64,000 nucleotides of DNA, from NCBI GenBank assembly GCA_001916715.1, contig MNSZ01000064.1, positions 89,097 through 153,096 on the forward strand, in the 5' to 3' direction. Position 1 is the first letter of the stretch. Each line of letters opens with the position of its first letter. Positions 26,807-35,517 of the stretch are shown here, one piece after another. Position numbers and translations under genes: made by a program. The notes beneath the pieces are model-generated. The model was given only the letters and a program-made list of their open reading frames with translations. It made no database searches and had not been told where the DNA came from. This DNA comes from Firmicutes bacterium CAG:24053_14 (GTDB lineage: Bacteria; Bacillota; Clostridia; Oscillospirales; Oscillospiraceae).

Positions 26807-28712
26807 TTTCCTCAGTCATCCTTTCCGGAATGTATTCAAAATATACAGCCGACAGCGGCGGCAGATCGATCGATGCACTGTACGGCAGATCGTCAAAGCC
26901 TGTATTGCGGCTACGCAGCGTTTTGACATTATGTAAACCTGAACCGCCGAATTTCGCATCATCGCTCGAGAGGATCTCGCGCAGCCTGCCGGGCATAGGC
27001 AGGCCGATGATGAAATTCTTATGCTCGTTTGGAATGAAGTTGCACGCGCAGATGAGATAACTGTTCTGCTCCGGCCTTGCCGAGCGCAGGAACGCGATCG
27101 AGCTGAGCGCATTATCGTTCACATTGAGCCACTTAAACCCGTCCCATGAGTTATCTATCTCATAAAGCGCCGGGTATGAGCCGTATACATGATTGAGCGC
27201 TGCATAGTATTCGCGCAGCTTTTCGTGCATCGGGTAGTCAAGCAGCAGCCAGTCAAGCTCCTGCTGATAATTCCACTCGATAAACTGCCCGAACTCCGAG
27301 CCCATGAAGCACAGCTTCTTGCCCGGATGCGCGAACTGATAGCCGTACAGCGCGCGGAGAGTCGCAAACTTCTGCTCGTAGCTGCCGAACATTTTATCAA
27401 GCATCGATTTCTTCCCGTGCACGACCTCGTCGTGCGAATAGGCGAGGATGAAGTTTTCCGAAAAAGCGTACATCATGGAAAACGTCAGCTTATCGTGGCA
27501 GCCCTTGCGGAACAGCGGATCGGTCGAGAAATAGTCGAGCGTATCGTGCATGTAGCCCATGTCCCACTTGAAGCTGAAGCCGAGTCCGCCGACGGAGGGC
27601 GGCATAGTCACCATCGGATACGCCGTTGATTCCTCTGCTATCGTGACTGCACCGGGGTAGCTTGACAAAACCGAGGTATTGAGCTTTCTAAGGAAGCTCA
27701 CAGCGCCGAGGTTTATGTTGCCGCCCTCGCGATTTTTTGTGTATTCGCCATCCTTGCGGCCGTAGTTGAGATACAGCATCGAGGACACCGCGTCAACGCG
27801 GATGCCGTCAATGTGGTAGTTTTCAAAGAAAAAGCAGGCCGAGGAGATGAGAAACGACTGCACCTCGGGCATGTCGTAGTCAAATATCAGCGTGCCCCAC
27901 TCGGGGTGCGAGGCCATGCGCTCCTCCTTGCATTCAAAAAGGCGTGTGCCGTCAAACTCGGCAAGGCCGTGCTCATCGCGCGGAAAATGCGCCGGGACCC
28001 AGTCCATGATAACGCCGATGCCGGCATTGTGCATGACGTCGATAAACTCGGCAAACTCGTCGGGCGTTCCGTAGCGGCTCGTCGGAGCATAGTAGCCGGT
28101 GACCTGATATCCCCACGAGCCGGGGTATGGGTACTCGGTCAGCGGAAGAAGCTCAATGTGCGTAAAGCCCATCTCTGTGCAGTATTTTGCAAGCTCGGGC
28201 GCAATGGCGGCATAGTTCACGCCGCCCTCGGGCGTTTTCCACGAGCCGAGGTGCAGCTCGTATATCGACATGGGGCTTGCAAAGCAGTTTTTCTCCGCAC
28301 GGGAGCGCATAAAAACCTCGTCACGCCAAATATGAGAGCCTGTCCAAACCATGGACGCCGTATTTACTCCTGATTGTGACCACTGCGCAAAGGGATCGGA
28401 CTTCCACACAGTTTTCCCGGCGGAAGTGGTTACGCAGTATTTATACAGATCGCCGTTATTAAGCCCGGAGGCAAAGCAATACCATATGCCGCCGCGCTTT
28501 TCCATCGGCGTTTTCGCCGGATCCCAGCCGTTGAAGTCGCCGACGAGCGAAACGCTCTGAGCGTTCGGCGCCCAGACTGCAAATCGGTGCATTTTGATCT
28601 CGTCCATATATCGGCAGCCGAGCAGCAGCCACGCCTTCTGCGCGCAGCCGGTGTTGAAAAGAAAAACATCGTCTGCCGGAACATATTTATCTATAAGCTC
28701 CGAATAGTTCAT
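26775..28712 (-). CDS. glgB: 1,4-alpha-glucan branching enzyme
   Basis: GH13_9 motifs (DWVPAHF, GIRVDAV, AEESTA, SHDEVVHGK). Start MNYSELIDKY after GGAG. Overlaps glgA by 32 nt. Confidence 0.92.
   Translation of the reverse strand: MNYSELIDKYVPADDVFLFNTGCAQKAWLLLGCRYMDEIKMHRFAVWAPNAQSVSLVGDFNGWDPAKTPMEKRGGIWYCFASGLNNGDLYKYCVTTSAGKTVWKSDPFAQWSQSGVNTASMVWTGSHIWRDEVFMRSRAEKNCFASPMSIYELHLGSWKTPEGGVNYAAIAPELAKYCTEMGFTHIELLPLTEYPYPGSWGYQVTGYYAPTSRYGTPDEFAEFIDVMHNAGIGVIMDWVPAHFPRDEHGLAEFDGTRLFECKEERMASHPEWGTLIFDYDMPEVQSFLISSACFFFENYHIDGIRVDAVSSMLYLNYGRKDGEYTKNREGGNINLGAVSFLRKLNTSVLSSYPGAVTIAEESTAYPMVTMPPSVGGLGFSFKWDMGYMHDTLDYFSTDPLFRKGCHDKLTFSMMYAFSENFILAYSHDEVVHGKKSMLDKMFGSYEQKFATLRALYGYQFAHPGKKLCFMGSEFGQFIEWNYQQELDWLLLDYPMHEKLREYYAALNHVYGSYPALYEIDNSWDGFKWLNVNDNALSSIAFLRSARPEQNSYLICACNFIPNEHKNFIIGLPMPGRLREILSSDDAKFGGSGLHNVKTLRSRNTGFDDLPYSASIDLPPLSAVYFEYIPERMTEENEKAVQKHSK
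26928..26938 (+). repeat. ATTATGTAAAC site 6/10, inside glgB
   Basis: The minus strand reads GGT TTA CAT AAT GTC (GLHNV). Confidence 0.9.
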
Positions 28713-28848
28713 ATCAGCACTCCGTATGAAAAACAATACTTTATACTGTATTATAAAGCACGGCAGGGCAAATGCCAATAAGTTTTTTGCTTGCATACGG
28801 CGGCAAAACATAATAAAATACAGTCAAAACAAACATCGGAGGTGCGAT

Positions 28849-29217
28849 ATGTTTTCATTCAACCATTTTAATTTTAATGTGTTCGATCTTGAACGCAGCC
28901 TGAAGTTTTACGACGAGGCGCTCGGCCTCAAGCCTGTGCGCGAGAAAAACGCTGCCGACGGCAGCTTTAAGCTCGTTTACCTCGGCGACGGCGTGACGGA
29001 TTTCACCCTTGAGCTGACATGGCTGCGCGATCGTGATACACCCTATGACCTCGGCGAGCAGGAATTCCACCTCGCCTTTGTCGCCGACGATATGGAAAAA
29101 GCCCATGAAAAGCACGCCGCGCTCGGCTGCATATGTTATGAAAATCCCGGCATGGGCATATACTTCCTCGAGGATCCCGACGGCTACTGGATAGAGATCA
29201 TACCGCCGAGAAAATGA
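28849..29217 (+). CDS. VOC family protein / lactoylglutathione lyase-like (glyoxalase I)
   Basis: MFSFNHFNFNVFDLERSLKFYDEALGL...EDPDGYWIEII. GGAGG RBS. Confidence 0.8.
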   Translation: MFSFNHFNFNVFDLERSLKFYDEALGLKPVREKNAADGSFKLVYLGDGVTDFTLELTWLRDRDTPYDLGEQEFHLAFVADDMEKAHEKHAALGCICYENPGMGIYFLEDPDGYWIEIIPPRK

Positions 29218-29227
29218 TTATGTAAAC
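29217..29227 (+). repeat. ATTATGTAAAC site 7/10, intergenic, overlapping the last base of the VOC stop codon
   Basis: GAAAATGATTATGTAAACTGC lies immediately 5' of the convergent-gene hairpin. Confidence 0.9.
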
Positions 29228-29228
29228 T

Positions 29229-29261
29229 GCAAGGAGTCTGCCGCGTAGGCAGACTCCTTGC
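29229..29261. terminator. Perfect 14-bp hairpin between convergent genes (terminator-like, no clear T-run)
   Basis: Stem GCAAGGAGTCTGCC/GGCAGACTCCTTGC with a 5-nt loop. Confidence 0.6.
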
Positions 29262-29262
29262 G

Positions 29263-29871
29263 TTATGTCAACTCCTCGATCTCCGTGACGGACACCTCGA
29301 ACGCCGTTTTCTCGACCGGCTCGCCGCCGATGAGCTTTATGTAGCGGCGGCTTTGTATCCGTCCTTCAAGGGAAACCGTCGTGCCGGTGTCCCAGTAAGA
29401 CGCCTCGCGCGCTTTAAGTCCCCATGTTATGCACGGCAGATAATCCGAGCGGCCGTATTTTCGATTTACGGCGAGCATCAGGTCGCATATGTCGCGCCCC
29501 ATCGGCGTAACGCGCAGATTAGGCGGCTTGCACAGCGTTCCGGTCAGGCAAATAAGGTTGAGATCATTTTCGTCGCAAGGGAGTATTTCCTTTGCAAACA
29601 CCGTTATCACAAGCTTTGCGCCCTCGCCGCTTTTGTTGTTGAATGATCTCAGCTCGCCCGTGATGCAGAGCTTTTCGGTATCGCAGGCCTCCACGGCGCT
29701 TAAAAGCTCGCTGCGCGCGACGATGTTTATTGTGTCCGTTGTGCCGGATAAGCGCGCAACATCAAGCGCGAAGGTGTAAAAGCTCTCGCCGCGTGAGGCG
29801 TGCGAAAACGCCGGAGGCGCGCTCATAACTCCAATAAGCCTGGCAAAATTCGTGCATGTGTTTTCATCCAT
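29263..29871 (-). CDS. SSB-like protein with two OB-fold halves (single-stranded DNA-binding family)
   Basis: Two repeats resemble SSB OB folds (..LIGVMS..F.LDV....TDTINIVA.. and ..LTGTLCKPPNLRVTPMGRDICDLMLAVNR..). Family assignment is tentative. Confidence 0.45.
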   Translation of the reverse strand: MDENTCTNFARLIGVMSAPPAFSHASRGESFYTFALDVARLSGTTDTINIVARSELLSAVEACDTEKLCITGELRSFNNKSGEGAKLVITVFAKEILPCDENDLNLICLTGTLCKPPNLRVTPMGRDICDLMLAVNRKYGRSDYLPCITWGLKAREASYWDTGTTVSLEGRIQSRRYIKLIGGEPVEKTAFEVSVTEIEELT

Positions 29872-29987
29872 ATATTCTTTCCTGTCCTTGTAAATTGTTT
29901 TTGTTAGAGTATATTAGGGACAAATGCTTGAATATGCCGCCGGAATGAAATATAATAATGTCATTACTTTTGAAAGGAATAAAAACT

Positions 29988-30680
29988 ATGGATATAAAAG
30001 AACTGCTGGCCTACTGCGATCATACCCTGCTGCGCGTTGACTGCACCGAGGCAGAGATAAGAAAGCTCTGCGATCAGGCGATAAAATACGGCTGCGCGTC
30101 GGTATGCATTCCGCCCTGCCACGTTCCCGGCGCAAAGCGCTATGTCGGCGATAAAATGAAGATCTGCACCGTCATCGGCTTCCCGAACGGATATATGTCC
30201 ACCGCTGCAAAGGCCTTTGAGGCTGCCGACGCCGTAGCAAACGGAGCCGACGAGATCGACATGGTCATAAACCTCTCCATGGTCAAGGACGGCTGCTGGG
30301 AGGATGTCGCCGAGGATATAAAGGCAGTGCGCCGCTCGTGCCTCGGCAAGGTGCTCAAGGTCATAATCGAGTGCTGCCTGCTCACAGATGAAGAGAAAAT
30401 GCGCATGTGCACGATAGTTTCCGAGTGCGGCGCGGATTTCATAAAAACCTCCACCGGCTTCAGCAAAGGCGGAGCCACACGTCACGATGTCGAGCTGCTG
30501 CGCCGCTGCAGCCCGGATTCGCTTCAGGTAAAGGCCGCCGGCGGCATAGCCTCGCTTGAGGATGCCGAGGACTTTATCTCTCTCGGCGCAACGCGCCTGG
30601 GCACGAGCCGCATAGTGAAGCTCGCAATGGAACTCGAGCGCGAGAGTGCCGGCACAGATACCGGCAGCGAGAATTATTGA
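29988..30680 (+). CDS. deoC: Deoxyribose-phosphate aldolase
   Basis: CDHTLL, VCIPP, KVIIE and the Schiff-base motif FIKTSTGF. Confidence 0.9.
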   Translation: MDIKELLAYCDHTLLRVDCTEAEIRKLCDQAIKYGCASVCIPPCHVPGAKRYVGDKMKICTVIGFPNGYMSTAAKAFEAADAVANGADEIDMVINLSMVKDGCWEDVAEDIKAVRRSCLGKVLKVIIECCLLTDEEKMRMCTIVSECGADFIKTSTGFSKGGATRHDVELLRRCSPDSLQVKAAGGIASLEDAEDFISLGATRLGTSRIVKLAMELERESAGTDTGSENY

Positions 30681-30697
30681 GAAAGGGCGGTGCGCCC

Positions 30698-30880
30698 ATG
30701 CGTAAACCGGGCAAGGTGCTCAGCATAATAGGACTTATCCTGTCGGCCGCGCTGCTGGTCGTCGGGTCATATTTCATCCTGCCGCGTTCACAGAATTGGG
30801 CAAGCATATGGAGCGTGCTCACAGGCAGCGCCGCGGCGTACTTTGCCTATTATGCGTTCCACAAAAGAGATAAAGATTGA
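30698..30880 (+). CDS. Small two-TM membrane protein (hypothetical)
   Basis: MRKPGKVLSIIGLILSAALLVVGSYFIL... Only the ORF and its hydrophobicity support this call. Confidence 0.35.
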   Translation: MRKPGKVLSIIGLILSAALLVVGSYFILPRSQNWASIWSVLTGSAAAYFAYYAFHKRDKD

Positions 30881-30929
30881 ATTATTCACGGCATTCACGG
30901 CGGAGTGCCCCTCCGCCGTGAAAAAATCC

Positions 30930-30958
30930 TTGACAATAGTGAAAAGTGCTGATATATT
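30930..30958 (+). promoter_or_regulatory. Sigma-A promoter of the infC-rpmI-rplT operon
   Basis: TTGACA, a 17-nt spacer, then TATATT. Confidence 0.7.
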
Positions 30959-30964
30959 AATAGG

Positions 30965-31090
30965 GCTGAAAACAAAGTAGGTACGGCATCCCCGACCTCA
31001 CCGAGCCGCAAAAGGCGCGCTTCGGTCAATAGCATCGCCCCGAGCGGGGCTTTGTTTGCGCGGATGCTGTCAGGCATCCGTTTTTTGCAT
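30965..31090 (+). ncRNA. L20-leader-type ribosomal-protein autoregulatory leader with a terminator hairpin (31061-31086)
   Basis: Structured 5' UTR upstream of infC, in the position of the Firmicute L20 leader. It ends in stem CGGATGC/GCATCCG followed by TTTTTT. Confidence 0.6.
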
Positions 31091-31116
31091 TATGGAGGTG
31101 TTTTACAATCGCAAGC

Positions 31117-31704
31117 GTGAATCATGAGATCAATGAAGAGATCCTCGACAAGGAAATACGCGTTATAGGTGACGACGGCGAGCAGCTTGGAATAATGTCC
31201 GCGGAAGCCGCCATGAAAATTGCGGAGGAAAAGGAGCTTGACCTGGTCAAGATATCCCCGATGGCAAAGCCCCCCGTCTGCAAGATCATGGACTACGGCA
31301 AATACCGTTTTGAGCAGTCCAAGCGTGAAAAGGAAGCCAAGAAGAATCAGCGCGTCATGGAGGTCAAGGAGATCCGCATGTCTCCCGGCATCGGCGAGAA
31401 CGACCTGAACACAAAGCTCAAGAGCGCGCTCAAGTTCCTTGCCGACGGCGACAGAGTCAAGGTCTCGATCCGCTTCCGCGGCAGAGAAATGGCGCACACT
31501 CATTTGGGTGAGGTCATCCTGCGCGACTTTGCAGCAAAGTGCGAAGAGGTTGCAAACCTTGATAAGGCGCCCAAGCTTGAAGGACGCAATATGTCCATGT
31601 TCCTGTCCCCGAAGTCTGCTGCGGCAGTCAAGAAGGCACAGAAAGAAGCCGCCAAGAAGCAGGCAGAGGCTGAGGCCGCTGCCAAGGCGGAGGAAAACAA
31701 CTGA
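31117..31704 (+). CDS. infC: Translation initiation factor IF-3 (the true start is probably the in-frame ATC at 31108)
   Basis: [21 protein letters not shown]..., the [17 protein letters not shown] linker and a C-terminal domain. There is an extra Lys/Ala/Glu-rich C-terminal tail. The SD GGAGG at 31094-31098 is spaced correctly for 31108 but not for the GTG at 31117. Confidence 0.9.
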   Translation: MNHEINEEILDKEIRVIGDDGEQLGIMSAEAAMKIAEEKELDLVKISPMAKPPVCKIMDYGKYRFEQSKREKEAKKNQRVMEVKEIRMSPGIGENDLNTKLKSALKFLADGDRVKVSIRFRGREMAHTHLGEVILRDFAAKCEEVANLDKAPKLEGRNMSMFLSPKSAAAVKKAQKEAAKKQAEAEAAAKAEENN

Positions 31705-31760
31705 TTGGTTATTACAGACAGAATTCTGATAATAGCAGCATACGGAAGGAGAAAATAACT

Positions 31761-31958
31761 ATGCCTAAACTTAAGACCCATAGCGGTGCTAAGAAGAGAT
31801 TCAATCTCACCAAGAGCGGTAAAGTAAAGCGCGCACATGCGTTCAAGAGCCATATCCTCACAAAGAAGGACACCAAGCGCTGCCGTCGTCTGCGTTCCGG
31901 CGCAATTGCCGACGTGACCAACGAGGCAACCATCAAAAAGATGATCCCTTACAAATAA
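31761..31958 (+). CDS. rpmI: 50S ribosomal protein L35
   Basis: [14 protein letters not shown].. Confidence 0.95.
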   Translation: MPKLKTHSGAKKRFNLTKSGKVKRAHAFKSHILTKKDTKRCRRLRSGAIADVTNEATIKKMIPYK

Positions 31959-31994
31959 TTAAGGGCTGACTGTTACTGATAGGAGGAATTACAA

Positions 31995-32348
31995 ATGGCA
32001 AGAGTTAAGGGCGCAATGATGACCCGTAAACATAGAAACAAGATCCTTGGTCTGGCAAAGGGCTACTGGGGCAACAAGTCCCGTCATTATAAGATGGCTC
32101 AGGAGCAGATGATGAAGTCCGGCCGCTACGCATATGTCGGCCGCAAGCAGAAAAAGCGCGACTTCCGTCAGCTCTGGATCACCCGTATCAGCGCAGCATG
32201 CAAGGCAAACGGCATGAACTACTCCACCTTCATGCACGGCCTGAAGCTCGCCGGCATCGATATGAACCGCAAGATGCTCTCCGAGACCGCTATCCACGAT
32301 CCCGCCGCATTCACCGCACTGTGCGAGAAGGCAAAGGCAGCAAAGTAA
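31995..32348 (+). CDS. rplT: 50S ribosomal protein L20
   Basis: [26 protein letters not shown].. Confidence 0.95.
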   Translation: MARVKGAMMTRKHRNKILGLAKGYWGNKSRHYKMAQEQMMKSGRYAYVGRKQKKRDFRQLWITRISAACKANGMNYSTFMHGLKLAGIDMNRKMLSETAIHDPAAFTALCEKAKAAK

Positions 32349-32420
32349 TTTAACATTACAGGCAATTAACAGCCGCAGCAGTTTGATCTGCTACGGCTGT
32401 GCGCTTATTTAAGTAAAAGT

Positions 32421-32451
32421 AAAGGCGTGACCGATAAAGTCACGCCTTTTT
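32421..32451. terminator. Bidirectional terminator between rplT and the HTH-S24 gene
   Basis: Stem AAAGGCGTGAC/GTCACGCCTTT. Confidence 0.8.
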
Positions 32452-32454
32452 GAG

Positions 32455-33153
32455 TTATGCCGCGAGGACCTTGCCGAGCACGCGCAGCGGCAGAGCGGGG
32501 GAGATGCGTATATCCGGGTATGCCGGATTCAGCGAATGCAGCGCAAGATAGCCGTCGCCGGCGACGAGCTGCTTTAGATACGCGCAGCCGTCGTAGAGGA
32601 AAATGCCGATCTCGCCGGTCATGAGGCTGTGCTGCTGGCTGACCCAAACGGTCTGCCCGTCGTGAAAGCGCGGCTCCATACTGTCGCCTGCTACGCGCAC
32701 GCCGAAGTTGGCTCCGTCCGGGACCTCGGGGCCGACCTCGGTCATATCATAGTCCTCGCTGTCAAGAAACTGCCCGGTGCCTGCCGAGACGGCCAGCGAA
32801 TACAGCGGCAGCATGCGCGTTTTGACAGGCTCCGGCTGCAAACCGTATCGCCCACTGTCGCGCAGAAGCTCGATATAGTCAAGCGCTTTTTTCCTGCCGA
32901 CGGTGTTCAGGCCGGCGAGCAGCCCGTCGCGGCTTCCGCCGTCGAATGTGCCTGAAATATCGTCTATCTCAAGCGCGCGGCACAGAGCGAGAAACTGCCT
33001 GGCATTCGGAAGAGTGCTCCCCGTTTCCCACTTTGATATTGCCTGATTTGTGACCTCTATGCCGTCGATAGCAAGAGCCGAGGCAAGCTCGGCTTGCGAA
33101 AAGCCAAGCTCACGGCGCTTTGAATTTAAAATTTCGCCAATACTGTTGCTCAT
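32455..33153 (-). CDS. XRE-type HTH plus S24 peptidase (LexA/UmuD-like self-cleaving repressor)
   Basis: HTH FSQAELASALAIDGIEVTNQAISKWETG. The S24 domain has AGDSMEP (catalytic Ser) and a later Lys. It is divergent from a Y-family polymerase gene. Confidence 0.8.
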   Translation of the reverse strand: MSNSIGEILNSKRRELGFSQAELASALAIDGIEVTNQAISKWETGSTLPNARQFLALCRALEIDDISGTFDGGSRDGLLAGLNTVGRKKALDYIELLRDSGRYGLQPEPVKTRMLPLYSLAVSAGTGQFLDSEDYDMTEVGPEVPDGANFGVRVAGDSMEPRFHDGQTVWVSQQHSLMTGEIGIFLYDGCAYLKQLVAGDGYLALHSLNPAYPDIRISPALPLRVLGKVLAA

Positions 33154-33241
33154 TGCGTGTCTCCTTTTGTGCTTTGACTACAGTATATAGTATATCTCCG
33201 CAAAAGGCAAGTAAAATATCCGATAAAGATAAAAATCCCTG

Positions 33242-33270
33242 TTTACATATCCGAAAACGCGATATATAAT
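33242..33270 (+). promoter_or_regulatory. Candidate promoter of the Y-family polymerase gene
   Basis: TTTACA, a 17-nt spacer, then TATAAT. Confidence 0.5.
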
Positions 33271-33301
33271 AGCTTCACTATCTTAAACGGAGATGCGGCA
33301 T

Positions 33302-34519
33302 ATGGACAGAGTGATACTTCATTCGGATATAAATTCGTGCTACGCGAGCGTCGAGCGGCTGTATAAGCCCGAGCTTGAGGGAAAGCCCTTTGCGGTTTGC
33401 GGCTCGCAGGAAATGCGCCACGGCATAGTGCTTGCAAAGGATGAAACGGCAAAACGCGCCGGGGTCAAGACCGGCATGGCCATATGGCAGGCGCGGCAGC
33501 TGTGCCCCGAGCTTGAAGTCGTTGAGCCGCACTTTGAGCGATACACGAAATATTCCGCGATGGTGCGCGAGATATATGCCGAGTATACAGACCTGTGCGA
33601 GCCGTTCGGCATAGACGAGAGCTGGCTTGATATAACAAACTGCCTTGCCTGTCCAGACCCCGTGAAAACGGCCGACGAGATACGCCGTCGTGTGCGCGCG
33701 GAAACCGGGCTTACAGTTAGCGTGGGCGTTTCGTGGAACAAGGTGCTCGCAAAGCTCGGCTCGGACTATAAAAAACCTGACGCTGTGACTGTTATAGACA
33801 GGGAACACTTTAAAAGCATGGTCTGGGGGCTTCCTGCTTCGGATATGCTCATGGTCGGGCGCAGTACCCGGCGCGAGCTTGCGCGCATGGGCATACAGAC
33901 GATAGGAGAGATAGCGCGCACAGATCCGGAGCTTCTGCGCGCACGATTCGGCAAGGGCGGTATCGCACTGTGGCGGTATGCGAACGGTATGGACGATTCG
34001 CGTGTGCGCAGGGCAGGGGAGGAAGAGCCGCCGCAGTCTGTAGGCAACAGCGTCACCCTCGCGCGCAACATCGAAAACGAGTGTCAGGCGCGTCAAACTA
34101 TGCTGCTGCTTGCCGAAAGCGTCGCGTCGCGCCTGCGCAGGCAAAATCTGCGCTGCCGCACGGTCGAGGTCGCGCTGCGCTCAGAGCAGCTTCAGTGGAA
34201 AACGCACCGGATGCGCCTGAGATACGCAACGGATATTACCTCCGAGCTTGCAGAGCACGGCATGGAGCTTCTGCGCCAAAGCCACAGCTTCTCGTCGCCG
34301 CTGCACAGTATGGGCCTGCGCGGCCTTGAGCTTGTGCATGCCGACGAGGATGAGCAAATGGACATGTTTGCAGATTATGTAAACTTAAATAAGCAGCGCA
34401 GCATCGATGCCGCCGTGGATAAGATCCGCAGCAAATACGGCTCCGGCAGTATCCGGCGCGCATGCCTCCTCGGTGAGCCGACGGCGGAAAACATCGCCTT
34501 TTGCTCGCTGCCTGATTGA
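33302..34519 (+). CDS. Y-family DNA polymerase (DinB/UmuC-like)
   Basis: ILHSDINSCYASVE (catalytic DxxxFYA-type motif), SVGVSWNKVLAKL and a little-finger domain. ATG at 33302 lies 9 nt after GGAG. Confidence 0.85.
   Translation: MDRVILHSDINSCYASVERLYKPELEGKPFAVCGSQEMRHGIVLAKDETAKRAGVKTGMAIWQARQLCPELEVVEPHFERYTKYSAMVREIYAEYTDLCEPFGIDESWLDITNCLACPDPVKTADEIRRRVRAETGLTVSVGVSWNKVLAKLGSDYKKPDAVTVIDREHFKSMVWGLPASDMLMVGRSTRRELARMGIQTIGEIARTDPELLRARFGKGGIALWRYANGMDDSRVRRAGEEEPPQSVGNSVTLARNIENECQARQTMLLLAESVASRLRRQNLRCRTVEVALRSEQLQWKTHRMRLRYATDITSELAEHGMELLRQSHSFSSPLHSMGLRGLELVHADEDEQMDMFADYVNLNKQRSIDAAVDKIRSKYGSGSIRRACLLGEPTAENIAFCSLPD
34374..34384 (+). repeat. ATTATGTAAAC site 8/10, inside the Y-family polymerase CDS
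   Basis: Reads GAT TAT GTA AAC TTA AAT (DYVNLN). It is identical to site 2 over 18 nt. Confidence 0.9.
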
Positions 34520-34571
34520 AAAACCATCAGCACCGCTTTAGTTCAGCCTAAAGCGGTGCTGCTGGTTGAGC

Positions 34572-35498
34572 TTATTTATCGTTTTCGCTGCGGAATACCG
34601 ACGAGATAATATATCTCGGACGCCCTTGACATTCGGTGTAGATCTTCGCGATATACAGCCCTATAATTCCGAGACTCATCATTATTATACTGAATCCGAA
34701 CAATAAAATTATAATGACCGTTGTAAAACCGCTCAGGGCATAACCTGCGAATTTTTGATAGAGAGCGATCACTCCCAAGACTATGGAAACGATGAACATG
34801 ACATAGCCGAGGATGGTCACTATCTGCATGGGGAAGCTGGAAAACGATGTAATGTTTGTTATGGCGTATTTGAAAAGAGCCTTTGTGCTCCATTTTGACT
34901 GACCGGCAGCACGTTCCCGAACCGAGTACGAAACGGTGGCCTTTTTAAAGCCGACCCAGAATGAGAGCGCACGGAAAAATACATTGCGCTCCTTCATTTG
35001 GTTTAGGGTGTCAACTACCTTGCGATCGAGAAGCTTGAAGTCGGATGAATCGGCCATGTCAAAACCGGTCATTTTGCTGATGATACCGTAAAATGTGTTA
35101 GCCATGAAGCGATGCGCAGCACTTTCACTGCCACGATCGTCCTTGACGCCCTCAACTACCTCATAGCCCTCCTGCCAAAGTCTGTACATTTCGACTATCT
35201 TCTCCGGTGGGTGCTGAAGATCACAGTCAATAATAACGCAGCAATCTCCGGAGGCTTTCTCAAGACCGGCGAACATTGCGGCCTCCTTGCCGAAATTTCG
35301 GCTGAAATTCACTCCGACAACATTTTCGTTCTTTTCGGCTGCATGGCATATCCGCGCCCATGTGCTGTCCTTCGAGCCGTCGTTTATAAATAGCAGCTCA
35401 TACGGGATGTTCTCCTGCTGCATAAGCTGAGAGATCGCCTGTTCGGCTAATGGGACCATTTGCTCTTCGTTGTATGCCGGAACAATAATTGACAGCAT
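34572..35498 (-). CDS. GT2 polyprenol-phosphate glycosyltransferase (GtrB/ArnC/CsbB-like)
   Basis: LSIIVPAYNEE, the DCDLQHPP motif (DxD) and two C-terminal TM helices. Confidence 0.85.
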   Translation of the reverse strand: MLSIIVPAYNEEQMVPLAEQAISQLMQQENIPYELLFINDGSKDSTWARICHAAEKNENVVGVNFSRNFGKEAAMFAGLEKASGDCCVIIDCDLQHPPEKIVEMYRLWQEGYEVVEGVKDDRGSESAAHRFMANTFYGIISKMTGFDMADSSDFKLLDRKVVDTLNQMKERNVFFRALSFWVGFKKATVSYSVRERAAGQSKWSTKALFKYAITNITSFSSFPMQIVTILGYVMFIVSIVLGVIALYQKFAGYALSGFTTVIIILLFGFSIIMMSLGIIGLYIAKIYTECQGRPRYIISSVFRSENDK

Positions 35499-35517
35499 AT
35501 TTTACCTCCGTACGGTA

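Noticed and set aside
29201-29228. A complete 28-bp dif site (XerC arm, 6-bp spacer, XerD arm) at the intergenic motif copy TACCGCCGAGA-AAATGA-TTATGTAAACT. The same question applies to the copy at 37243-37270.
   Set aside because: With the obligatory 6-bp central region the left arm (TACCGCCGAGA) does not resemble Firmicute XerC/CodV arms (..CCTAGAA / ..CATAA). A better-looking arm, ACCGCCGAGAA, would leave only a 5-bp spacer. At 37260 the CATAA element abuts TTATG with no spacer at all. All ten copies therefore look like half sites, and a true dif may lie outside the window.
33241-33251. An eleventh, one-mismatch copy of the motif (GTTTACATATC, i.e. GATATGTAAAC).
   Set aside because: It coincides with a well-spaced -35 (TTTACA) 17 nt upstream of a TATAAT for the Y-family polymerase gene. 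It is more simply explained as a promoter element, so I did not count it.
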